Of a stretch of DNA of 64,000 bases, positions 45,557 through 53,802 are shown one piece after another; the first letter of the stretch is position 1, and each line of letters opens with the position of its first letter. Source of the stretch: Candidatus Magasanikiibacteriota bacterium (GTDB lineage Bacteria; Patescibacteriota; Patescibacteriia; Magasanikbacterales; GWA2-37-8). The position numbers were made by a program, and so were the translations under genes. The DNA is taken from the NCBI GenBank assembly GCA_026396515.1, contig JAPLWQ010000003.1, positions 99,569 through 163,568 of the forward strand, read 5' to 3'. The notes under the pieces were generated by a model. That model saw nothing but the letters and a program-made list of their open reading frames with translations, was not told the DNA's origin and did no database searches.

Positions 45557-48500
45557 TAAATCCTATTTTTTCAAATAAATATAACGAAGAAACATTTGCT
45601 GAATTTATACAAGGTATTATTCCGAGTCTTTCTTTAGATAAAAAACGAGCTGAGGTTCGCACCGGTTTCAAATCAATCCAACAAATTGCAGAAGCCAGTG
45701 AAAATAAACTCGATTTAGTCGTTTTTGTAGCCCAGCTAGATTCATCGCTTCATGCTCGTGTCGAAATTACAAAGAATACTTATGCCGTGCTCAAAAGTCA
45801 TGCTAGGTCTAATGCTTTGGTTGCCTATATTTCAGATGATTCTTCGGAATGGCGCCTCTCTCTCATCACCACCAAGGTTGCGAGGACAAAAGACGGAACA
45901 AAAGAATCAATATCAAACCCACGTCGTTTTTCTTATGTTTTGGGACCAAATGCAAAAGTGGCGACGCCTTCAAATATGCTACGAGGAACCATCGACTCAA
46001 TTATTGATCTGGAAAATAAGTTTTCTTTGGCGGTAGTTAGTAAGGAATTCTTTACTCAGATAGCGACACAATATTCTAAGCTTGTTGGAGGAACACGAGG
46101 AGAGGGACGAAAGGCAATGGTTTTTGAAAGGACGCTTAAGCTCGGAGATACAAATGATGCCGTCAATGCAAATTTTGCCATTCGTCTTATCGGTAGGTTA
46201 GTCTTTTGTTGGTTTCTGAAACAGAAAAAAGGACATCTAGGTAGTCCGCTCATACCGTCTGAGATACTATCTGTTTCTGCTGTAAAAACAATTGGCGATT
46301 ATTATCATTCAGTTTGTGTCCCACTTTTTTTCGAGGTTTTGAATAAACCACAACCCTCTCGACCAACAATTTTTTCTTATTCAGAATTATTCGATCAAGT
46401 TCCTTTTCTAAATGGTGGATTATTCCAAGACCATACAGAAGACAACCATAAATTTAATCGCGCTACCGGAATGAGCGAGCGGCGCGGTGTGGTTATTGTG
46501 CCCGACATTTGGTTTTCTGAATTGTTTCAAGTTTTTGAGGAATACAATTTTACAATTGATGAAAATACTTCGATAGATACGGAACTCTCGATTGATCCGG
46601 AAATGTTGGGTCGAATTTTTGAAAATCTTTTGGCGGAGGTGAACCCGGAAACTGGTGCCAGCGCACGGAAATCAACCGGAAGCTTCTATACCCCTCGTGA
46701 GATTGTTGACTTTATGGTAGAAGAATCACTTATTGCTCATCTCAAAACAAAAACCAATATATCCGAAGAAAAGCTACGGGCTCTTTCGTCTTACGATTTG
46801 GACGATGACACATCTCATCCAATTGATCAGCAAGAACAAAAACTGCTTGTTGAGGCTATACATAATACAACGGTTCTAGATCCCGCCTGTGGTTCCGGCG
46901 CTTTCCCGATCGGCGTTCTTCAGAGATTGGTGCACATGCTTGGCGTTCTTGATCCGGAATGTTCGATTTATTTGAGCAGGATTCCACCTGAAATGCGCAG
47001 GCAACTTCAAAAACATAGCCTTACATATGTCAGAAAACTCGGCGTAATTCGAGAGTGCATACACGGGGTGGATATACAGCCTGTTGCTATAGATATTTCT
47101 CGCTTAAGATGTTTTCTGACACTTGTCGTTGACCAACAAGTTGACGACGATGCCCCAAACAGGGGTATTGAGCCATTGCCAAACTTAGATTTTAAATTTG
47201 TTTGTGCCAACACGCTTATAAAACCGCCGGTCCATGAAGGCCCGCTATTCGGCGATGAATTTGCAGATGCATTAGGAGAACTTATTGACGAATATTTTGC
47301 GCCGGTCGATCAGTTGCACAAATTGGAGACAGCACGAAAATTACAACAGTTGATAAGCGAAAAAACAAACAAAGAACTCGAAAGCATCATTAAGTCATAT
47401 AGCTATCTGAAAGATGAAAAACATAAACAAGCGTTGGCTCAAATAAATGAAAAGTTAGATAGTGAAAGAATACGAATAAATTCACTCTGGAAAAGTTACG
47501 AAAATATCTTTCAAAATAAACCCGTTGGTTTTTTTGATACCAGATATTTTTTCCCCGTTGTATTTCGTGGCGGTGGTTTTGATATTGTGATAGGTAATCC
47601 GCCGTATGTTAGACAGGAAGAATTTTCAGGTATTAAGCCAGTTCTAAAAGAACAATACGGTGATTTTTTTAATGGACGTGCTGATCTATATACATACTTC
47701 ATCGCAAGAGGGACGACACTACTAAAAGAACGAGGAATTTTATCTTTTATAACATCAAATAAGTTTTTTGTTCGGGGTTATGGTGAAAACACAAGAGCAT
47801 TGCTTACAAAAGATATATCATTAAAAAAAGTGGTGAACTTCGGTGAGCTTCCTGTTTTTCAAGCATCTGTAGATTCAGCGATTGTGCTAGCGGAAAACAC
47901 AAAACCAAAAGAAAAAGACTCGCTTGATTTTGCTCAAGCAAAGACAGGGGCTGATATTAAAAACATCCATGAATTTTTTGAAACAAAAAAAGGAACTATA
48001 AAATTAACTTCTTTGGGATCGGGGGTATGGTCATTGCAGGATCCCGAAAAGTTAACAGTTTTAAATAAAATAAAGAGTCAAAAGAATACACTCGGGGCAT
48101 ATTACGATGGTAATATTTTTGCTGGACTTAAAACTGGGTTAGACGGCGTCTACGTAATCACAAGAAGCTTTCGGGACAAGTTGATTAATGCTGATAAAAA
48201 ATATGAAGTAGTTATTAAACCCTGGCTTAGAGGAAAAGATGTAAAAAAATGGAATCCTAACTTCCATGATTTGTGGGTAATAAATCTACGTTCTTCCTCG
48301 AACTTTACGTGGCCCTGGTCCGGGATGAGTAATGTTGTGGCTGAAACGATATTTCAATCGCAGTATCCTATTTTATATGACTATTTAATTCAGCACAAAA
48401 AAAAGATTTCAAAAAGAAGTGATCAGGGCGATTACTGGTGGGAACTGAGGTCTTGTGCTTACGATGACAAATTCAATACAAGAAAAATCATATATCCTGA

Positions 48501-48912
48501 CTGTGCAAAAGAGATGAGGGCCACATATGATGAAACGGGGCTATACGGAACACTTGCTATGTACATAGTGAGCTACGACCCCATAATTATGGGAATATTA
48601 AATAGTAAGCTTTTCGATTGGTATTCAAGAATGACATTTGCAACATTTGGCGATCCATGGAATGGTGGGAGAATAATTTTCAAAACAATTTATATGTCAA
48701 AAGTCCCAGTGCCTGATACTAAAAATAATACCGGTGTATTGATTAAGGGTGGTGTTGATAAAATTTTGGCAATTACCAAATCGAGCGATTATTTAGAAAA
48801 TTCTGCAAAAAAAGCAGAAGTCAAAAAATACGAAGAACAAATTGACAAGCTAGTTTATGAACTCTACGATCTGAAACCGGAAGAAATCGAAATTGTAGAA
48901 AATTTGAAATAA
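45553..48912 (+). CDS. MmeI/Eco57I/PglX/DrmMI-like gamma-class N6-adenine MTase, possible single-chain Type IIG/L RM enzyme
   Basis: Motif I is LDPACGSGAFP and motif IV is GNPPYV. The ~300-aa N-terminal domain contains D-x8-ExK (AQLDSSLHARVEITK). It overlaps the upstream gene by 4 nt (ATGA). Confidence 0.75.
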   Translation: MINPIFSNKYNEETFAEFIQGIIPSLSLDKKRAEVRTGFKSIQQIAEASENKLDLVVFVAQLDSSLHARVEITKNTYAVLKSHARSNALVAYISDDSSEWRLSLITTKVARTKDGTKESISNPRRFSYVLGPNAKVATPSNMLRGTIDSIIDLENKFSLAVVSKEFFTQIATQYSKLVGGTRGEGRKAMVFERTLKLGDTNDAVNANFAIRLIGRLVFCWFLKQKKGHLGSPLIPSEILSVSAVKTIGDYYHSVCVPLFFEVLNKPQPSRPTIFSYSELFDQVPFLNGGLFQDHTEDNHKFNRATGMSERRGVVIVPDIWFSELFQVFEEYNFTIDENTSIDTELSIDPEMLGRIFENLLAEVNPETGASARKSTGSFYTPREIVDFMVEESLIAHLKTKTNISEEKLRALSSYDLDDDTSHPIDQQEQKLLVEAIHNTTVLDPACGSGAFPIGVLQRLVHMLGVLDPECSIYLSRIPPEMRRQLQKHSLTYVRKLGVIRECIHGVDIQPVAIDISRLRCFLTLVVDQQVDDDAPNRGIEPLPNLDFKFVCANTLIKPPVHEGPLFGDEFADALGELIDEYFAPVDQLHKLETARKLQQLISEKTNKELESIIKSYSYLKDEKHKQALAQINEKLDSERIRINSLWKSYENIFQNKPVGFFDTRYFFPVVFRGGGFDIVIGNPPYVRQEEFSGIKPVLKEQYGDFFNGRADLYTYFIARGTTLLKERGILSFITSNKFFVRGYGENTRALLTKDISLKKVVNFGELPVFQASVDSAIVLAENTKPKEKDSLDFAQAKTGADIKNIHEFFETKKGTIKLTSLGSGVWSLQDPEKLTVLNKIKSQKNTLGAYYDGNIFAGLKTGLDGVYVITRSFRDKLINADKKYEVVIKPWLRGKDVKKWNPNFHDLWVINLRSSSNFTWPWSGMSNVVAETIFQSQYPILYDYLIQHKKKISKRSDQGDYWWELRSCAYDDKFNTRKIIYPDCAKEMRATYDETGLYGTLAMYIVSYDPIIMGILNSKLFDWYSRMTFATFGDPWNGGRIIFKTIYMSKVPVPDTKNNTGVLIKGGVDKILAITKSSDYLENSAKKAEVKKYEEQIDKLVYELYDLKPEEIEIVENLK

Positions 48913-48956
48913 AAAAATCTAAAAAATTTCTATATTAATAAATTTTACGCACTAAT

Positions 48957-50585
48957 ATGGGGTCAAAATTCCTTTCAGCTCTTTCTGAAGAGGCGTATCT
49001 TAAACTAACTGATAAGTTGTATGGGATACAAAGTGGGCAGTGTTTTATATGCCAAAAAAAGATTGATTTAGCGCTTCAAACCACTAATATAGATCACATC
49101 ATACCACTTAAAACTCGGGGTAAGGATTCGGAAGATAATTTCGCCTTAACACACGAGAGTTGCAATAAATCGAAACTAGATGCAAATTTAAATATTGCAA
49201 GAATTTTGTGTCACCTTAAAGAAATACAGGACCGAGTTTTCGTCGATAGTGGTCGGGCGGCATCCCTTAAGGATGTTTTGGCTTCCTTTGGTGGTTCGAA
49301 GTATGATTTTAAACATAAGATTAGTAATGATAAGATTGAATTTAGTTTTTCAGACGTTAGAGAAAATGATATACAAATCAAAGATATTTATGAAGATATT
49401 TTAACTGGTAATCAGACTGGTAAAATTGAAAAGACTTGTTTTACAGACGTCCCCATTGAATACATTTATCACGATGACGCAATAAATCCACGTGGCATAA
49501 ACACAAGCATAAGTCGACTAGTAAAGGAATTTTATAAAGGCAATCCCCAGCTGCACTTATGTTTAGCACGAATCGATGATAATAAGTTAAAAATTTTTGA
49601 TGGTCAGCATAAAGCAGTCGCGCAAATATTACTTGGGAACAAGAGGCTGCTGCTCCGTATCTTCATTGACCCAAACGTAGATAGACTGACTGAGACAAAT
49701 ACTAACGCGGGGAGTACTTTGAGGCAAATTGCGTTTGATAAATCAATAATGCGCCAATTGAATAATACGTTATACACTGAGAAGATAGATAAATTTCAAG
49801 CGGACCACCACTTGGCAGAGGACGATTTCTCGTTTTCAGAACAGCAACTCGTCGATTATTTTAAGGGTGAAAATGTAAATATGAAAAAATATATTTCTGA
49901 TAGTATAAAACACTCCATTACATATTCAAAAGAAAATAAACTAAAAGATTACATAGACTTTGAAGGTAAGGCGAAGGAGTTACCAATTTCTTATAGTGCT
50001 TTTAGCAAAGCAATTCTCGAGCAAGTTGTCGATTCTAAACAATTTTTGGATACACCTATTAATTACAAGTCCGAAGAAGGTCTGAATCCACGAGAAATGC
50101 AGATAAACCAAATTGTTGAATTGCTTAATATAATTGCTGAAGAGATATATATCGGTAAATTTAAACCAGAAATTGGAGTATACCGTATTGAACAAAAGAT
50201 TATTGACAAGAAAGATGTAGAAATTACTACCGAGCATTTGACTGCTTATCGTATGAGCAAAGAAGAAATAATTTTCAATTGGTTTATATATTTAAACAAA
50301 GTCATTGAAAGTTATTTTAATAATACGGGTAGGATTTACGAAGCCAACCAATTATTTATGGAGAAGTTTGACGATCAATTGTGGGCAAACATACGGAATT
50401 TTATTAACAATTTATCCATCCTTCCTCTCTGGAAAGATAAGTCTATGGCAAGCACAATTTTTGCAGGTAAGAAGAATTATGATTATTGGAAAGAAATTTT
50501 TGAAAAGGGAAAAAGTCCTGACGGGGCGCAAGTTCTTGCCACGCCATTAAATTTTATTGAAATGATAAGAAGCGAAAAACAATAA
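48957..50585 (+). CDS. N-terminal HNH nuclease fused to a DndB/ParB-like (DGQHR-type) domain
   Basis: The HNH core is CFICQKK...DHIIPLKTRGKDSEDNFALTHESCNKSK. FDGQHKAVAQIL is a DGQHR/DGQQR-like motif. Confidence 0.6.
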   Translation: MGSKFLSALSEEAYLKLTDKLYGIQSGQCFICQKKIDLALQTTNIDHIIPLKTRGKDSEDNFALTHESCNKSKLDANLNIARILCHLKEIQDRVFVDSGRAASLKDVLASFGGSKYDFKHKISNDKIEFSFSDVRENDIQIKDIYEDILTGNQTGKIEKTCFTDVPIEYIYHDDAINPRGINTSISRLVKEFYKGNPQLHLCLARIDDNKLKIFDGQHKAVAQILLGNKRLLLRIFIDPNVDRLTETNTNAGSTLRQIAFDKSIMRQLNNTLYTEKIDKFQADHHLAEDDFSFSEQQLVDYFKGENVNMKKYISDSIKHSITYSKENKLKDYIDFEGKAKELPISYSAFSKAILEQVVDSKQFLDTPINYKSEEGLNPREMQINQIVELLNIIAEEIYIGKFKPEIGVYRIEQKIIDKKDVEITTEHLTAYRMSKEEIIFNWFIYLNKVIESYFNNTGRIYEANQLFMEKFDDQLWANIRNFINNLSILPLWKDKSMASTIFAGKKNYDYWKEIFEKGKSPDGAQVLATPLNFIEMIRSEKQ

Positions 50586-50686
50586 TTTTTTAATGTCCTA
50601 TTTTTTGATGCCGGAAAGTACAAATATTGGGCAATGAATAATATTCTAAACAGAGCGAAGACACAGAAGAAGTGGCAGTGAAGTCC

Positions 50687-50715
50687 TTGACATCTTTCTC
50701 ATTTTGTGTTATGTT
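50687..50715 (+). promoter_or_regulatory. Sigma70 promoter with an extended -10
   Basis: -35 TTGACA (50687-50692), 17-nt spacer, TGTTATGTT extended -10 (50707-50715). Confidence 0.5.
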
Positions 50716-50721
50716 ATAAAT

Positions 50722-50942
50722 GTAGCCCATTAAATTCTATTAGCGCGAAACGCGCCGCATAATTCTGCCAAAAACAAGGCAACCAGGGAAATCTGCTGGG
50801 AGCCATATGGATTATGACGACTAACTGCTAAAGCGGTTGGGAGATTTCATTCTAAGAGGTAGCAACCCGCCTACGTTTCATTCGTGAAACTACGGACGGG
50901 CAAGTATCTTTTGATGAAATCTCTTAGCCGCTTTTTTGTTTT
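50722..50942 (+). ncRNA. Structured RNA of unknown family (~220 nt), an sRNA or a cis-regulatory leader
   Basis: A 21-bp helix (50830-50850 paired with 50914-50934) encloses a GTTTCA-TTCG-TGAAAC hairpin. GCGCG-AAA-CGCGC and CCAG-N9-CTGG hairpins are also present. It ends in GCCGC-T6 and GTTTT. Confidence 0.4.
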
Positions 50943-50986
50943 CTTAAAGGTCGAACCGCTACGGCGGAAAGGAAAGCAATTCGGCT

Positions 50987-51523
50987 ATGATTAATTCATT
51001 AACATATACACATATGAGAAGAACTAAGCAAAAGACACATAAAGCAAGTGTTCAAGTTGATAACCCGCCATTGTTTATTGGCTTTATCATGGAAGAGAAG
51101 GCCTTTTCGTTTGATGTTTATTTAATAAACAATTCGAACTGGAAATATAAAAGCGTAACCATTTTTACCGGCGCATTTATGACGGTTGACGACGACCTGC
51201 TGGAGACGAGTAAGGTCGTTAAAGTTAAGGGTCCTCTTGGAGCTTATTCAAGCATAAAAATCGATAGAAGTGATTGGAATGAATTGGATTTTGTGATCTG
51301 GTATCACCTTGATCTTGTTCGCGCGGATGATACGGTCGAGAAATATTGGTTTTGTTTACCTAAAGGTGGCGGTGATTACGACAATAAGGTGATTAAATTG
51401 CCAATAATTAACAGGAAAGGCATGAGCATAGAATTGGAGGCCAGAAATGGTGAATGTATCGCAGAGGAGACCAAAACTATTGAGATGAAATCAAAGTATC
51501 ACAAATTTAGTAAGGAATATTAA
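50987..51523 (+). CDS. Hypothetical protein
   Basis: 178 aa with the RBS GGAAAGGAAAG upstream. No motif recognised. Confidence 0.45.
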   Translation: MINSLTYTHMRRTKQKTHKASVQVDNPPLFIGFIMEEKAFSFDVYLINNSNWKYKSVTIFTGAFMTVDDDLLETSKVVKVKGPLGAYSSIKIDRSDWNELDFVIWYHLDLVRADDTVEKYWFCLPKGGGDYDNKVIKLPIINRKGMSIELEARNGECIAEETKTIEMKSKYHKFSKEY

Positions 51524-51548
51524 ATAATAAATATTAAATAATAAATAT

Positions 51549-51806
51549 ATGAGTATTAATGATCTAAAATATATTAATGATGATGAATTGGATGGGTACT
51601 CGTTACTCGGAAAGGGAACAGGCACTAGCTTGCAGCACTGCGCAAGTATGGGTGTACGCCATTGCAAAGATTTTCTGAATCGAGTACGCGGATACAGGAT
51701 TGAGCAAAGCGACACCAGTGAAATGATGTATAAGGCCTTAAAGGAAATAGGGGATAAAAGAGAGTGGCCGATGTATATCACAGTGTCATTTTACGAAAAA
51801 AAATGA
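51549..51806 (+). CDS. Small hypothetical protein
   Basis: 85 aa. Its stop codon lies inside a perfect inverted repeat. Confidence 0.4.
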   Translation: MSINDLKYINDDELDGYSLLGKGTGTSLQHCASMGVRHCKDFLNRVRGYRIEQSDTSEMMYKALKEIGDKREWPMYITVSFYEKK

Positions 51807-51817
51807 CACTGTGATAT
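51775..51817. repeat. Perfect 18-bp inverted repeat (hairpin)
   Basis: ATATCACAGTGTCATTTT-ACGAAAA-AAAATGACACTGTGATAT. No U-tract follows on either strand. Confidence 0.7.
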
Positions 51818-51886
51818 ACTTGTCCAAAACAGCGTAAAGTGGGATAATATGTACAGATTTAATCAAATTTTGAAATTTATAAATAT

Positions 51887-52414
51887 ATGAATTCTCAAAA
51901 TAGACAAAGAAACTCTTTTGTTGCTTTATGCGATTATGCTTCACGTTCCAATTGGTGTTGGAATATTGTTTGTACAACCTGCGGGCATGGTGCGTTTAAA
52001 GTTTCGTATGCAAAAATAATCAATGGTCAAAATCCTGATGATGAATCATTTTGGCCATATGGCAAGGAAAATGACGATTCACTTAAAGAAATGAATGTTA
52101 ATAGAGTTTTTCTTGGTGATGCGAGTGCCGATGCCCAAATTAAACTTGCGTCTGTTGTCGCAAAAGCCAAATTATCCGATATCCAATCTGTGGCGAAATT
52201 TCCTGATTGGTTAGGGTATATTGGTCTTGTTATCCATCATTGTCCTAACCAGGAAGCCAGGAAGATTATATCCGATTCGTTTCTTTCGCAATTTATCGAA
52301 TTATTGAAGGATAAAGCTGGAATTCGCGAATATTTAAGCCAGAAACAAGCGAAACAAGAATTATTAGATATTAATGATTTAAGTAGAATTGAAAATGAAA
52401 TTGTTAATCACTAA
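51887..52414 (+). CDS. Hypothetical Cys-containing protein
   Basis: 175 aa with CWNIVCTTCGHG. No family recognised. Confidence 0.45.
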   Translation: MNSQNRQRNSFVALCDYASRSNWCWNIVCTTCGHGAFKVSYAKIINGQNPDDESFWPYGKENDDSLKEMNVNRVFLGDASADAQIKLASVVAKAKLSDIQSVAKFPDWLGYIGLVIHHCPNQEARKIISDSFLSQFIELLKDKAGIREYLSQKQAKQELLDINDLSRIENEIVNH

Positions 52415-52447
52415 AAAGTTGATCCCATAAACGACGCTATTAAAAAT

Positions 52448-53215
52448 ATGCTCGGCGCCATAGCAGGGGATATTATCGGTTCAGTTTACGAATGGAATAA
52501 TATTAAAACAACGGATTTTCCGTTGTTTTCAGACCGTTCGCATTTTACGGATGATACGGTAATGACTGTCGCTGTGGCCGAATGTTTAATAAGCGGGAAA
52601 GATTATTTTTTAACCTTTAAAGAAATTGGCCAAAAATATCCTGATGCCGGGTACGGCGATGCTTTCAGGCAATGGCTTTTTTCACGGCAGACCGAACCGA
52701 ACAATAGTTTTGGAAATGGCGCTGCAATGCGGATTAGCCCGATTGGTTTTTTCTTTAATGATTTGGATTCGGTTTTATCCAAAGCAGTGAAATGTACGAA
52801 TATAACTCACGATCATCCTGAAGCGCGGAAAGGCGCGCAGGCGGTTGCGGCAGCCATATTTTTGGCACGAACCGGCAAAACAAAAGCGGAGATTAAGGAT
52901 TATGTTGAAAAAAGTTTTGGCTATGATTTGAGCAGGCGTTTGGATGATATCCGGCCAAATTATAAATTTGATGCCAGTTGCCAGGGCTCGGTGCCTGAAG
53001 CGATTATTGCTTTTCTGGAATCCACTGATTACGAAGACACCGTACGGAAGGCGGTTTCTCTTGGTGGCGATAGCGACACAATTGCCTGCATAACCGGCGG
53101 AATCGCCGAGGCGTTTTATAAAGGCGTGCCTAATGATATAATTACCAAGACCCGGGCGTTATTAACACCTGATTTATTGGATGTCGTTGATAAGTTTTAT
53201 GAACATATTAAATAA
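52448..53215 (+). CDS. ADP-ribosylglycohydrolase family protein (DraG/ARH3-like)
   Basis: LGAIAGDIIGSVYEW...FTDDTVMTVAVAE are the N-terminal Mg-binding motifs. GGDSDTIACITGGIAEAFY is the C-terminal motif. Confidence 0.8.
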   Translation: MLGAIAGDIIGSVYEWNNIKTTDFPLFSDRSHFTDDTVMTVAVAECLISGKDYFLTFKEIGQKYPDAGYGDAFRQWLFSRQTEPNNSFGNGAAMRISPIGFFFNDLDSVLSKAVKCTNITHDHPEARKGAQAVAAAIFLARTGKTKAEIKDYVEKSFGYDLSRRLDDIRPNYKFDASCQGSVPEAIIAFLESTDYEDTVRKAVSLGGDSDTIACITGGIAEAFYKGVPNDIITKTRALLTPDLLDVVDKFYEHIK

Positions 53216-53256
53216 TTTTTATAATTAGTTTTTTAATTCATTTTATTTTATTCGCT

Positions 53257-53790
53257 ATGAACAAACTCTCGGCGCTAAAAATCATTCTCGCGCTGCTCCC
53301 GGCCCTGATATTTACCCAGAGCTGGGCTTGGGTTACCGGCAAGCATTATACACTCTTTGCTTTGCTCGTTCTTTGGGCGGCGATGGTTTGGTTTGTTTTG
53401 GATTATGCAGATAAAAACAAGATTATATTCAAGCTGTTGCGCGCGCTTGAAATTGCCTTCTTTTTACTCCCGATTTCAGCATATGCAGCTGTATCTATCC
53501 TTAGTTCGCTCATGATGAGGGCTTCAAGCAGTGAATTTGAAAGAACGGGCGCGGCAATCGGTTCGGCAATCGGCGGTACGATCGTCGTTGTCATCGCGCT
53601 TGTTATCGGTTTGATTTTGGGTCTTATCACGCATATCATTGCCGGTAGCTTTCAGAAAAAGGTTGATAAAAATATCAAAGAAGAGCCGGGAAAAAATTTC
53701 TTTACCCAGAACAAAGCGCTTACTATTTTTATCGGCATGATTATTTTGGTGATTATCGTCGATCTAACCAGCAAGACATTCATTAAATAG
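53257..53790 (+). CDS. Hypothetical membrane protein
   Basis: 177 aa with several TM helices. Confidence 0.5.
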   Translation: MNKLSALKIILALLPALIFTQSWAWVTGKHYTLFALLVLWAAMVWFVLDYADKNKIIFKLLRALEIAFFLLPISAYAAVSILSSLMMRASSSEFERTGAAIGSAIGGTIVVVIALVIGLILGLITHIIAGSFQKKVDKNIKEEPGKNFFTQNKALTIFIGMIILVIIVDLTSKTFIK

Positions 53791-53802
53791 AGGCGCATAT
53801 TC

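Noticed and set aside
50722-50942. Assignment of the structured RNA to tmRNA, SRP RNA, RNase P RNA, 6S RNA, a T-box or a retron msr/msd
   Set aside because: It lacks the tRNA-like 3' end and tag ORF of tmRNA. It lacks the SRP domain IV AGGNCAGG/AAGCAGC motifs. It lacks the RNase P GGAAAGUCCGG/ACAGAAA cores and the T-box sequence. It also has no adjacent reverse transcriptase. The family remains unassigned.
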